From Cenococcum geophilum (taxonomy: Eukaryota), in assembly GCA_050273025.1 (NCBI GenBank), contig CP158636.1, positions 8,928,001 through 8,992,000 of the forward strand: a stretch of DNA of 64,000 nucleotides. Reading direction: 5' to 3'. Under the pieces are notes generated by a model that did no database searches, was not told where the DNA came from, and saw only the letters and a list, made by a program, of their open reading frames with translations. How positions within the stretch are numbered: position 1 is the stretch's first letter; each line of letters begins with the position of its first letter. Both the position numbers and the translations under genes were made by a program. Shown piece by piece: positions 27,322 through 41,800 of this stretch.

Positions 27322-30300
27322 TGTTACGGACGCTTTAAGTACGATGTTATAACTACTTGGAGAAGAGATAGAAGAAGCTAGTTGGTTAATACAAGCACGG
27401 TCTAGGATGGAGCCGATAGAGCTATGTGACGAGGAATGGTAACTAAGGTTACGTGACGTAATCTATATAATCTATAGGATCTATATAATCCATAATAGAG
27501 TAGATAGAGCACACGTATATTATGTATAAGAAGGATTTTATAGGAGTACGGTTGTGTATTTAAGGACCCTTAGTCCCTACCTAGATAGTTCCTTCCTTAT
27601 AGTAATTCTTAGAATATAATTAGAGTTAATCTGTTAAGCAACCACTCCACCAGTTATTATTACTTTATTAACTTTTATACTTATATTACCTATATACCTA
27701 GCCTAATAACGAGCCTATTATAGTTCTTGCTACAAGGTTCCGTTACACAATTACTACCTAGTTATAGTATTAATATAGAAAGTTAAACAATATACCACTA
27801 AAAGCATCAGCCATAATGCTATTAATGGCGGCAACTACTTTAAGGTTAGGTAACGACATTAGTATAGCAGATACTAACTTATAGCAACCTGTAACGGTTA
27901 GATAGCTATAAAAGATAGTTGACCAGCTAATAGAAAATAATATAACGTTGGAAAATAGGATTAACGGGATTGGAGTAGTAAAGATTAAGTTACTATTAAT
28001 CGAGAGGTACTTAGGAGAAAGATTAAAGCTTAAGGGGTTTCTTACCCAAATGCACTTCAAAGTTACGCAAGAAGGGGGTAAGCTACTAATACCTATAGAT
28101 TAAATAGCCTATATAGGACTATTCTTATTAGGAAGAGCACTTAAGTAGTTTAAGCCTTACCTTACGGAGATACAGGTAAACGGAATAACGACCACCAACT
28201 AAGATATCCAATTTATGTTCTTAAGCTAGGAAGGGTTCGCAGAATGACTTACGCAAATATTTAAAGACCTAGAATTAATAACCATGGTAGAAAGAAAACT
28301 CTAGGATATTACGCAACAAACCTTAGTAATTAAGTATATAATATAGTTCCAGACATTAGCAATATAAGTAGAGTGGAATAATAGGGCGCTTATGGCACAG
28401 TATAAGTAAGGACTTAAGGCTAAAGTCTAAGACGTAATTATCCTAATAGAAGATGCGGATACCCTAAGGGAACTAATAGATTAAGTAATTAAGATTAATA
28501 ATTAGATCTACTAAAGGGAATAGGCTAAGAGAGGCTAGAATAGAGTTTTATAGTTATATAAGGCGTAGAGTACGCAATAACTAAAGCTAAGTTAAAAACT
28601 ATAGTATGGCGTAAAGCTAATGGACCTAAGTGGTACTAAAGAAGCCTATAAGAGATGGAGTGAAAAACCGTAAAAACCTAGAGGTTAAGGATCTAGTGAT
28701 TATAGGACTAAGGAGCAGAGGCTAAATTAGGGATCTTAGCAGTAGAAGACGTTTAGGCGGACTCTATAACAAAGTTAATAATTCAAAGATAGAGCTTATA
28801 TAAATTATGGAAAATAAGGTCACTTCGCAAGGGATTATAAAGATAATTAGAGATACTATGTAATAAAGGGAACTAGACTAATAGCAGACGATATATATAT
28901 ATAGAGGGATAATAATATACTGCAAGGAACAAAGGAATATTTAATTAAAAGTTTTATATTCTGTTATAATAACGTATACCAAATTTATAAGAACGCTAAG
29001 TATAGCGTAAGCTATTAGCTATAGAAGCTAGCACCTATAGGATATAGAGGAACCAATAAACCAGTTCGCAAATCGGATATTAAGGACGATAAATTTAATA
29101 TAGGCGAAATATTTTATAACAATAAGGCAACGGAAGCCGCTTACTAGGAGCGAGCAGACCTTAGAAATATTATACTAGAGGTAAAGGATAATTCCACTAT
29201 AGAATAGGGAACATTAGTAGGGATTAAGACCCCACTAAATATAATATCTATTACTTTATAAGACGTAAGAGAAGTAGGACAGCGAACTACTTTGGTACTT
29301 AATAAAGGTAAAAGGCTAAAGGCTTAAGATTCTTAAGATAAGATAAGAGATAACTAAGATTCTTAAGATAAAATAAGGTAAGCTTAAGGACTTACAACGG
29401 ACAATAACTAATAGAGTAGAGCAGTAGCTTAGTTTAAAGATATATAAATGAGCTTAGGATAGAGTTTCCTACTAGTATAAAACTCTTAAGACGAGATAAG
29501 TAAGATTTAAGACTTTTAAGATGAGATAAGAACACTAAGTAAGCCTAGTTAGACTAAGGCTAGAGCAAGGCTTAAATTAAAAGCAAGCTTAGGATTAAAG
29601 AATCTAAGGGACTAAGAATTTGGAGTATAAATAAGGACACCTATAAGTAAGAGGTAAGGGGCTTCTTTATAGATTAGAGAATCTATAGTATAAACAGTAG
29701 TTAGACTGGGAGACAGATATATAGACCTAGAGGACTTACCAGGAAAACACAGTATTCGGCCTAAAGATTAAAAAGTTAATACTAAGATTAAAAAGTAAGA
29801 AGACTTTAAGGATCCATTTACGAGATATAAACTAAAGGAAACTATAGAAGAGTTTAGATAAAGAATTATTATATAGCAAGAACAGAAACTAGATAAGAGA
29901 TCTAGTATATTAGGACATATAAGGGACAGAGTACTAGTATAAAGAATTACTAATAGGCCTAGAGTAGGCACACTAAGAGCTAAGTGGCTTACTAAATTAG
30001 AACAAGAAGGGGATTTAGAGATTCTTACTAGGTTTAAAGAACAACATACTAAAGGCTATTACGATATAGTAATAAGAAGATACTCTCTTACGGACGAGTT
30101 GTATACACTTAAGGGGCTATACTAAAAGTGGTATAGGCAACAACATAATAATAAGTAGGAAGATTTCTATATATAGTTGGATAAAAAAGTTATCCAAAAC
30201 CACCTAATTATAGAAAAGGCCATAAGTCACATTAAAGGAGCCTTAATTATAACGTTAAAAGATTTAGAGGAGTAATTAGAGGACTAGAGAAGCGAGAGGT

Positions 30301-33300
30301 AAATTATAGTACCTGCAAATAAAGTTATAACGCTTAAATTAACACGAGAAAGGTTTAAACTTAAGGATAAAGATAAGTTAAGAGTTAACCTAAAACACCT
30401 AGTATATTACACGTTGGTATAGATTATATATATAGATAATATGTGCAATATATATAGAGCACTAAAAGATAAAAACCAAAAGTACCTAGTAAAGATATAT
30501 TGGTTATTAAATAAGGCGAAATATAGAAACGCTAAGTATATATATAGTTAGTACCTAGTAGAAGTTTAAGAGTTAGGGGACTTAATACTTTAACCAGAAA
30601 GATTTCTTATAGAAGAATACTTAGACGGATAATATTAGTAGGAATGCCTAAAGAATACGTATCTATAGTATATTAAAGATAAAAAGCAAACTAGGTATTA
30701 GCTAAAGAGTAAGCCAGGTATAGTAGAATTAAGCAGCTAATAGTTAGGAAAAGTAGAGGCCTATAAAACTAGAGGGAGCTAGTAGTAGAGCCTTAAACCC
30801 TTAAAGGAATTTAAGGACAATACCTAAATTTATAAGTTAAATAGTAAGATTAACAGTTCGAGGTATTAATAGATAGTAGAGCAATAAGGAACTATATCTT
30901 ATTAGCAGCAGTTAAAAGAATAGGGTTACTATATAGGAAAAAGGAATATCCTTACCTATTAGTTATAATTTTAGGAGATCTAATAGCTTATAGAGGAGGG
31001 ATTATTAATCTTAAAATAGGACCTATTTAGTTAACTATTAAAGGGAGATAAATCGAGATGTCTTTTAATATCCTACCATTAGGACGGGATGAGGCAGTAT
31101 TAAAGATGCCTTAGTTATAGAAATTTAATCTAAAGATTAATTGGATTATAGGTTAAGTTAATATTAGGGATACTTAACGCCGTAAAATGCGATAATAAGC
31201 TAAGTTGGTATAGTACTAAGTAGGAGCAACCTATAAAGAAATAGAGAAAGGGTTAAGCTATATACTAAAAAGATACTATAAGTATAGTAAGAAACTATAG
31301 TCACTAGAAAGTAAAAAGCTGTTAGAGTATATAGTATAGGACTATAAGATAGAGTTAGAACTAGGAATACGTCTAAAGTTCTTTCTAATCTATAAGCTTA
31401 CTAAAGAAGAAGGTAAAGCATTAAAAGAGTTTATCTAAGAAAACCTACGAAAGGGATATATTAAACTATTGCAGTTATTAGCGGGTTATCCAGTACTATT
31501 CGTACTAAAGAAAAATAGTAAACTAAGGCTGTGTATTAACTATAGATAGTTAAATAGCATTACTAGAAAGGATAGGTATCCTTTACCTTTAATTAGCGAG
31601 ATCTAAGATAGGATAGGCAATGCGTAAATCTTTATAAAGATAGATCTAAGATAGGTATACTATTAGATTAGAATTAAGGAAGGCAATAAATAAAAGGCAG
31701 CCTTTAGGTTAAAGGAAGGACTATATAAACTATTAGTTATACAATTCGGGCTTATAAACGCACTAGTAATGTTCTAGAAGCGTATTAATAATATATTAGG
31801 AGAATACTTAGATAAATTTATTATAGTATATCTTAACGATATTATTATCTACTTAATAACTAAGAAAGAATATGGAGAACACGTTAAATAGGTCTTAAAG
31901 AGACTATAAGAAGAACAGATGCTAGTAGTAATTAAAAAATACAAGTTCTTTACTAGGAAAACCAATTTTATTAGATTTATTATTAAACTAGGCCAACTTA
32001 GCATAGATCCAAAGAAGATTAAGGCTATAGTGAATTAGCAAAAACTAGAGAACATTATATAATTAAGATTATTTCTAGGGTTTTACAATTACTGCAGAAG
32101 GTTTATAGCGTAATAGTTAAAGGATATTAAACTATTTACGCGATTAATAAAAAAAGAAGAACTATAGGTATAAAGAGAGGAGTAGTAGAAACTATTTAAA
32201 TAAGTTAAAGAGTTATTTACCTAGGAGCTAGTTCTTAAGATCTATTAACTAGGACTAGAGATGGTTATAAAAATAGATGCATTAGATTATATATTAGGGG
32301 TATACTTTATATAGAAATATTAAAATAGATGGCACCTAGTAGCATACTATAGTTAGAAAATAACACTACTAGAGTTAAACTATAACATCTATAATAAGGA
32401 GTTATTAGGTATAGTTATAGCACTAAAGAAATAGAGAGCATTCTTATAAGGCATAGAGAAACTATTTATAGTTAAGACGGATTATAAGAACCTAATAGGA
32501 TTCCTAATAATAAAGGAACTTAACTAAAGGTAGGTTAAATGGGCAGAGATACTTATAGAATACTATTTTAAGATTTAGTATACTAAGGGTATAGATAATA
32601 TAAGGGCAGATACTCTAAGTTAAAAGGCTAAACTATAAAATAATAAAAAGCTATTAGGGGCTTTATTGCGAAAAGATATAGACGGATTAATTAGATACAA
32701 TTATCCGAAGATTATAGCAACTTAAGAAAATAAGGAGCTAGGATAGGTCTATAAGACGCTAGAAAGCTTTTAGGTATAAGAATTCTAAAAGCATAGCTAG
32801 AAGATCTATAGATGGATATATATAAAAACTAAGAAGTAAAGTATATCCTAAAAAGTATAGCAGAGTAATTTATAGAAGATTTCTATAAGGGATTAACTTA
32901 AGGATATAATGGAGCTATGGGCTTAGTGTTAAGACTCTAGGAGGAGTATATTATTAACGGAATCTAGGGCTTAGCGTAAAAAGTTATAAAGAAATATCTA
33001 GATTGCTAAAGAAATAAACTAATAAGGCATAAGCTATATAGAGGGCTATAACCTATTAAAATACCAGAGAGACTATAGGAGGTTATATTATAGGACTTTA
33101 TTATTAAGTTGCTAAAGTTAAGAGATCCTATTATAGGATAAGATTATAATATAATCTTAGTAATAGTAGACAAGCTTATAAAGTGGGAATACTTTATAGT
33201 ATATACAGAAGAAATATTAGTAGAAGATGTTGCTAAAATCTATATTAAAGAAGTGTTTATAAGATATAGAGCATTAAGTAAGATTATAGAGATCTAAGAT

Positions 33301-35275
33301 TTATAGCAGTATTTTAGGAGGTATTCTTAGCGAAATAAGGAGTTAGAGCAGTAACTTTTACTATATATTATCCGCAGACAGATAGTTAAATAGAAAGACT
33401 AAATTAGACGCTAGAGCAGTATCTAAGGCATTATATTAATTATATATAGAATAATTGGGTATCGCTATTACTAGTTATATAGTTTGCATATAATGCAACG
33501 CTATAAGAAGGCATAAGCATATTACTATTTAAGGCAAATTATAGATATAAGCTAAGAATATCGTTGTTACTATAGTAAGTAAAGAAAATAAGTAGTATAG
33601 CTAAAGAAAGAATAAAGATATTAATAAATCTTTATATAGACCTTATAGAATTAGTAAAGAAAGTATAAGAAAGAATAAAAAGGTACTATAATATTAAGAG
33701 ATCTAAGGGACTAGATCTTAAGGAGGGAGATAAAGTATAGCTACTATATAAAAATTTTAAGAGTTAACGACCAAGTAAGAAGTTAGACTATATTAGACTA
33801 GGACCTTTTAAAATTATATAAAGGATTTCACCGGTTACGTTTAAGTTAAACTTACCAGCTAAAATAAAGATTTACCCTATATAGCATATTGTAATGCTAA
33901 AGCCAGTATATAGGAATATTAAGCCACTAGTTTATAAAGCAGATATATATAGAGGATAGAAAGAAGACAAATAGTAAGTTTTAAAGATCGTTAGTTATAA
34001 GGATATTAATAATAAAATATAGTATAAGGTTAAGTGGATAGGCTATAATAAGACTACCTAGGAACTACTAGAGAATCTAAAGAATGTTATAGGAAAGGTA
34101 TAGGAGTATTAAAAGAAATTAGGTTAGGTAGTATTAATAAAAAAAGATTACTAAAGAATAAGTTACTTAAGGGGGACCCAAGAAGAATAGTTGCCGAACT
34201 ACTTAGATCTATTTCCTTCTCTATTAGAGGAAAATCCGTTTTTTTATTACTAAGTTCCTATAAACCCTATTTTATAAGTTTCTACTCCTTAAAATAGACC
34301 TTTTTATAAACCTTCTTAAGACGGATTAACTAAGTAGACGCCGTAAGATAAGACTTAAGGGCCCGTTGCTAAGCTTCGGTAGCCTTTTATTTAGTATTAT
34401 AAAAACGGCGTAACTCCGCTAGAGTAATAGATAGTTTATTATCTAGCTATATAGTAGTAGATTAAATATAAAACCTTAAAATAAATTAATTAGGGAACCA
34501 GATAACTATTAAGAGTAATAGGTCGCGTATATTTAGTATTAGAGACGGAGCGAATGTTATAGGACGAATAAATATTCGCTTTAGTGCACTCTAAGTAAGA
34601 GGATAGTTATTGTAAAGATGGGTTTGCTAACGTAATATAGATTAACCCCTCTTTTAAACAGTAAGAATATAGAGACAGCATAATCTCACTAAGAGATAAT
34701 ATTACAGTAATAGTGCGAATGCGACGAGCAGTTAAGGAAGAAGAAATTACTTTAGGTATAATAAGTAATAATATTAACTAAATTAATTAAATAGATATTA
34801 TACCTTTAGTAAACGACTTAGAAATATTAGGAATCTTTAAGGATAAAAATAAAGAAGAGGGAGATGGTATTACGGACGCTTTAAGTATAATGTTATAACT
34901 ACTTAAAAAAGAGATAGAAGAAGCTAGTTAGTTAATATAAGCACGGTCTAGAATAGAGCCGATAGAGCTATATAATAAGAAATAGTAACTAAGGTTATAT
35001 AACGTAATCTATATAATCCATAATAGAGTAGATAGAGCATATGTGTATTATATATAAGAAGGATTTTATAGAAGTACGGTTATATATTTAAGGACCCTTA
35101 ATCCCTACCTAGATAGTTCCTTCCTTATAGTAATTCTTAGAATATAATTAAAGTTAATCTGTTAGGCAACCACTCTACTAGTTATTATTACTTTATTAAC
35201 TTTTATACTTATATTACCTACATACCTAGACTAATAACGAGCCTATTATAGTTCTTACTATAAGGTTCCGTTACA
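27322..35275 (+). mobile_element. Gypsy D (chromovirus), full length, RIP-degraded
   Basis: LTRs 27322-27747 and 34868-35275 (18-bp indel); exact TSD GCTAG; PPT AAAGAAGAGGGAGATGG; gag CCHC ~28795, protease ~30870, RT, RH, IN, chromodomain ~34020. Confidence 0.95.
34120..34759 (-). pseudogene. Antisense accessory gene of Gypsy D (Cys6 cluster + coiled coil, one intron)
   Basis: Homologous to 46834-47485; start codon now ATA. 3' end approximate. Confidence 0.65.
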
Positions 35276-35810
35276 GCTAGCTTATCTAGCTCCTTTATAT
35301 TAGCAGTATTAAGTAGGACGCTAGTAACCTTACTAAGCTCCTATTAAGCCTAGGTATATAAGTTAAACCAGTTTCTAGCGTTTATAGATATTTAATTATT
35401 TTAAGGTTTAGAAGGTGGCTTAAATTCTACTAGTATACTTCTAGCGGTTTTGTCTACATTAGATCCTAAGGCGTTCTGCGGTTATATTACTAGTATATTA
35501 CTATTAGGTGCAGGTATTGGTTTTCTTTTCGGAGGTATTATAGAAAAATTAAACCGGCTATCCTCCTAAGGGGATTAGTAAGAATTTAAAGTATTTAAGG
35601 GTCCTACAGCTACTTTACCTACTACTATATTTTGTGGCATAGTAGTAAGGGTATTAGGTAATTTTAAGTAATTTCTTTAGGGGTTCTAGTCTATGCGTAT
35701 CTTATAGGTCCTTTCCTTAGGGTTTTATTCTTTTCTTTTAGGTCTTATCCTTATGGTCCTAGTAATATCCTTAGGGTTCTATTCTATATTCTTATAATTA
35801 TATTTAAGTT

Positions 35811-38800
35811 TTTTTTTAAATTTTTTTTTAGGTCTATTGTTGTCAGAACATTAATCACGTGACGTAGTCACGGGACTACGAAGCGAGACTAACTGTCTGA
35901 CCTTGGAGCAACCCCTTTCTTCTAGACAACAATTAACTACCAACTTCAACACCGCATACGTACCACTACAAGTGATATTTATACACGTTGATAAAGAGAG
36001 TTATACCGACACTAATTAGTAGACGTATAGATTAGGAAATACGCAATAGCTAGCGCTTAAGAAGTAGTACTAGAAACAGTTTACAATCACCTAGTTCTTA
36101 TCTATTTTATTAAAGGAGAAAGCTATATTACCCTTAAAGCTCGAGACTACGTATTAACTTAACTACTAACGCGTTAGATCGCCTAGAGAATTATATCTTT
36201 ACTTAGAGAAGATTACAACCTCCCTTAAGCTTAAGAGAATTTATACTAGCTTTATAGCTAATATAACAAATTACTAAGAGAATAGCAATCTTGCTAAGAA
36301 TACTTTATAGGCCCAACGGCTATAAAGAACATATATACTACCCTCAACCTTAACCTTAACCTCGACCTTAACCTTAACCCTTAACCTTAACCTTAACCTT
36401 AAACCTTAAATCTTAAACCTTAAACCTTTACAACCTCCACCTAAACGTACACTGCTTTACACTACGATGGAGTGGTAAGAAAAGATATTAAAGCATGGTG
36501 ATAGAATTACTGCTGCTATAGCTTCTAAAGATAAGCTAGGAGACTACGTAGTAATAAAGGTCTATATATATACACAGGAGAACTTCACAGACTACATACT
36601 ATGGATAGTATTTAAAGAGGAATTTAAAGGCTTTACTACTAAGGATTTTAAACGTATACGAACTAATATAAGAGCAAAGTTACGTATCTATCTACTTAAG
36701 AGAGGAATGTATGTCGGAAAGCACAATAATAGATATTTAATCTTAGAAGCACTATTCGACCTCCTCTAAGAAAAAGAGTTTCACAAATAGACGGATAAAG
36801 AGATTGGTCTAGCCCTTAATAATATTAAGCTAATAATCACTATAGCTCTATAAGACTAACTTAATTCAACCTTAGATAAGCTTACTATAGCTCTACCGGC
36901 GTTAATACCTTTCTATAGTCCCTTACTAGCTATATAAGCATTACCAGCTCTTCCACTAGCTATTCTAACTGCTATACCGCCAACTACTCCAATTGCTGCA
37001 CTACCAGCTACTCCAATTACTATACCGCCAGCTACTCCAATTGCTACCCCTACTACCCTTACTACCCCTCCCGGTCCTTAATCCTCTAATTATAACTAAA
37101 TCCACACTCTTATTAACTAATTGCTATAGTCGCAGCAACTATAGTAGCTGTAACAGCTACCTATATATCCACTACCTAAACTAATTATACCTAGTATAGA
37201 GTAAGGACCTAGGTAAGGGCCTAGATATAGCAAGGAGGTAGCTATAATTATAAAGATCTATACAGACGACCAAAAGTACGATGGAGTTAGTAATAGCTTT
37301 AACTTTAAGTTAACTATCTTCTATAATATCTATAAGAGATCTAGCTTGCCACCAGAAGGCTATATAGTAGCATTCCCCAGTATGCTAAAAGGGCTTACTT
37401 AGGACTACTACTATAACAGTAACCTTAAGTTAAGACCTTTTACGGAAGCCTGCAACCACATATAACAGTTCTTTAAAGGGCTAAAATACTACTATAAGAA
37501 CCTTACGGAGTGGAACAGTATAACCCTCTAAGGAGTTATAGACGAGAACCCTAATAAGTTAATCTATTAGAACTTCCAACTACTTATAAATAAGCTACTA
37601 AAATAACGTTATAGACTATACCTAGACTTCCATATAAACCGCATTCTTATAAATAAGCTGGTTACTACTTGCCAGGGAGTACTAGTATACTATATTACTA
37701 TCTCTAACCCTTTAGAAGACCTCTCTTAGTTAATTAGTAAACTATAATCCTCTATTATTGCGTAGGAAAAAGAACACCCCCTATAGGCCTTAATAAGATC
37801 GTCTTACTAAGCTTTTTTTATAGATTAACGCTACTACCAAAATAACTAGAATTAAGACCGAAATACTAACCGCTACGGCAGTAATCGCCCCTATAGAACT
37901 AACGGTAGACTAAAGGCTAAGTGCTACGTCTGTAAGAAAGAGGACTGCCGTTTATAGAAATATATAGAGGAGGAGCGTAATTGGTCTAAAGATGATTATA
38001 AGAGACGCTTTACTAATATTAAGGGCCGTAATAAGGGTAACTTTAACAACCACTTTAAGTAATATATCGCTGCTTGCAAAAAAGATAAAGACAATAATTT
38101 AGACTTTAAAGCCTACATATAAGACGCTAAAGACGCTAATAACTCTAGGAACGATGCCGGAGAACCTAACAATAGTTCTACCTATATTACCACCTTTAGA
38201 ACACTTACTATGGAGGAAGTAACCTCTATAAGCGTATAGCTAGCCAATAAGGCTTATATATACTTGCTTACGGCTTTAAAACTTACTACGGAGTCTACTA
38301 TAGAACCTCACACGGAGACCGACCCATTTGCCTATAGTACGGCTACAACTATAGCGTCACGATATACCTTAACGGTCTTTATAGGAATTATAATTGATAT
38401 AGGTGCTTCGCGTAAGTCTATAGCTAGCTATAGCTAATTCCAAGCTCTATAGGCCGTAGATAAATCTATAAGTCTTAACACGTTAACTAAGGGTTAAGTA
38501 ACTGTCTAATTCGGAATTAGAGCATCTACGTTTATCGGAACTATAGATGTTAATAGCCCTATAGGCAAGGTATAATTCCATATTATTAAAGTAGATACCC
38601 CTTTCCTATTTTGCTTAGTAGATATAAATAGACTTTATATTAAATATAATAACCTAAAGGACGTTATTATTACTCGCACTAAAAGGGTGCCAGTAGTTAG
38701 ACGATTTAGCTACCTATTTCTCTTATAGAGCTTCTCCTTACAGTCCTATTTAGTTAAGTCTTTTAATATAAACCCTTGCTATTTAACTAACATAGAACTA

Positions 38801-41800
38801 TAACGTCTACACTGTCGATTTAGTCACCCGTTAGTTAATAGACTGTAAAAGCTTCTTAATAAGGCTAGCTACGGCTATAATACTAATAGATCCGCTATTA
38901 AAGAGCTAACCAGACTCTACTACTATTGCTAGAAGTATAGCAGATCTCTAGGTAGATTTCGCTTTACCCTATAAGACGACGTTAATTTTAATTATAATAT
39001 TATCGTCGACATTATATATATTAGCGGCTCCCCCCTACTATACGTAGTTAATAAAGCAACTTAATTTTAAGCTAGTAGATAGCTATGTAGATAGCTATAA
39101 GATATTAGCGCTAAGCATACTTAGGACATTCTATGGATATACTAGATTAACAGCTACTTAAGACTATTAGACCTAATTACTATAGACACCGGGAAGAACT
39201 TTATTAGCAAGGAGTTTAAGCACTATGCTGCCACCATAGGAGTAACCATAAAGTTAGTTCTAGTCGAATCACATAATTCTATTAGAATAGTAGAGCGCTA
39301 CTATAGTCCGCTACAACGAGCCTACCAAATTATTATAACTAAAATCCCTAAAATTAGCAAAGAGATAGCCCTATAAATAGCCTTTAAAGCTATTAATAAT
39401 ACGGCTGGCCTAGAAGGCCTAATCCCTATACTCCTAGTCTTTAAAGCCTACCCCTAAATGGTTAAATTGGACGCGCCATCACCTTTAGTTATATAGCGAG
39501 CTGCGGCTATTAAGAAAGCAATGGTGGAAATCTAGAAGCTATAAGCTAAACAATAGATTGCTGACGCTCTTAATATGCGAAACGGACTATAAACTAACGC
39601 CATTTACGGCCTCCTACCTAGTTCGCCTATCTTAGTCTAGAGAGAAGGCAATACTAGCCGGAGTGGTTATTAGGATAGGCCATATACGCTACTTACCGTT
39701 AATAGTAAGACCTATACCGTAAAGCTACTAAATAGGCCTACGACCTTTCGCTTTATAATTGTAAAACCTTACCTACTAAACCTACAAGACCCAGTCGAAC
39801 CACGAGAGCCTATTAAATTAGCTAAACCAGTACCTTTACCAGCTAAACCTTAATTATTACCTAAAGCCGAACTATAGCTACCACTAAAGCAAGGTAGAGG
39901 TCGCCCCCGTAAATACCTATTGCTTACGGCCGTTACAGATATAGCTACTATAGACGCTACAATAGATACAAGTGCTTTTACGGGTAATATTATAGATATT
40001 ACTAATATCGCTATCTACTTACAGAACGATGATAACACCTAATTCAGCGCTTCACAACAAAAGGAGGTCATAGGCCTACTTGAGAAAGGCGTCTTTAAGA
40101 TTATTAAGCTATACGATATGCTAAAGGGGGTTAGACTCTTTAACTTACGGTTTATTAATAAGATTAAGAATAAGGGAACTAATAGAGCCTTTAAGAAATC
40201 ATGACTTGTTATATAGGCCTATAATAATTTGGAGAAAGAGCTAGTCCTTACTTAGTCACCAACAATTTAACAGGTTAGCCAGCGGCTAATTCTCTATATT
40301 GCTGCTATGCTACTATAGACACGACTCTACCTCCGAGACATCTTATAAGCCTACGTCTAGTCTACTATGAACCTAAACCGCGAGTTTTATGTACGACTAC
40401 CACACAAGCTAAATAAACAATTGGGAATTAATATAGACTCCGTTCTAAAGGTTATAAATCCACTTTATAGAGTACCTAAAGCTAGAAACCACTAGTTTAA
40501 GACCTACCATTTACACCACGTTAATTAGCTGCAAATGGACCAGTCCACGTACGACCCTTACTTACTCTATAGCAATAAGCCTTTTGGAATTGTCGGCCTA
40601 TAAACTAATAATATACTATTCCTTGCAGATAATACCTTTATAAAGGCTAAATAAAGCGAACTATATAAGGCCAAATTTATGGCTAAGAAGCGAGAGCAAT
40701 TAACCGCTAATATACTAATTAAGTTTAACGGAGGACTTATTTAATTAATATAAGACAAAAGTATCGCACTAACGCAAAAGCGCCAGTGTAAGAACCTTAG
40801 TGTAATTAATACTACGCTAGTAGACAGCACTAGCTCTAGAGGAGTTATGCGTGGCTTACTTACGCCAAAGGACTAGTATATCGCTTAACGCGCTAGAGGA
40901 GCCTATATCGCCTCAGTCTATTAGCTAGAGGCCTTATTTAACCTATCCTTTACTGCCTAGGTAATTAACTTAGTTAAAGATAATATAAAGAGTCGTAATA
41001 AGTAATTAAGCTAGCAGATTAAGAACGCAAATAGAGGCCTAAAGTTTATTAAGCTAGACGTTAATACCTTATAACTCCTAGTATTTACGGACACTTCCTT
41101 CGCCAATAATAAGGACTTATCTTCGTAAATTAGCTACGTACTTATACTAGCAGACGCCTTAAATAAAGCAAATATCGTCCACTAGTCCTCAATTAAGTGC
41201 AAAAAAGTCACTAGGAGTGTATTAGCCTTAAAGTTATACAGCATAGCGCATAGTTTTAACATAGGCACTATAATTAAATCTACGCTAAATAAGGTCTTAT
41301 AGGTCAACTTACCGCTTGTTCTTTGTGCTGGTTTAAGGTCTTTATATAACTATCTTGTCCGACTAGAAACTACATAAAAAAACGCTTAATAATTAATATA
41401 ATATGCCTTTGCTAAGCTTATAAACAAAGACAGATTACTAAAGTTAAGTGGATTAATGGAGATACTAACCCTGCGGACGCTATAACAAAGGGTAAGCCCT
41501 ATACGGCACTATTATAGCTTATTAATATAAATTAAGTTGAATTATAGGCTGTAGGGTGGGTTAAGCAAACGGATTTAACTTTGGTTTAGCGTTGGCGCTA
41601 GTACTAAGCGAGCTAATAGCGATTTTCTATCCTAGGGATGGAAAATCCTAATTAGTTAGCAGAAGTTAGGTTCGGCAGAATTTAGCAGAATTCAGTAATA
41701 TGGCAGAATTTGGCAGAATTTAGTATTATGGCAGAATTTAGTAGAAAGTCGCTATTGCGTATACGTTACGAGTAGTCTAAAAGACTTAACTTTAGAGTAT

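Larger units (their letters stand above)
20926..35585 (-). mobile_element. Gypsy C (chromovirus); only the 3' LTR (20926-21150) is present
   Basis: LTR followed by C-run PPT complement; RT segment in ORF 25004-25306; protease ~26240-26280; gag start (M)PPKRKP near 35539; flanks ctaaa/ttaaa restore the A' sequence. Confidence 0.8.

Noticed and set aside
36345..36430. Telomere-like (CCTTAA)n
   Set aside because: Units are CCTTAA/CCTCAA/CCTCGA rather than CCCTAA; best explained as a RIPed low-complexity tract in the Copia leader.
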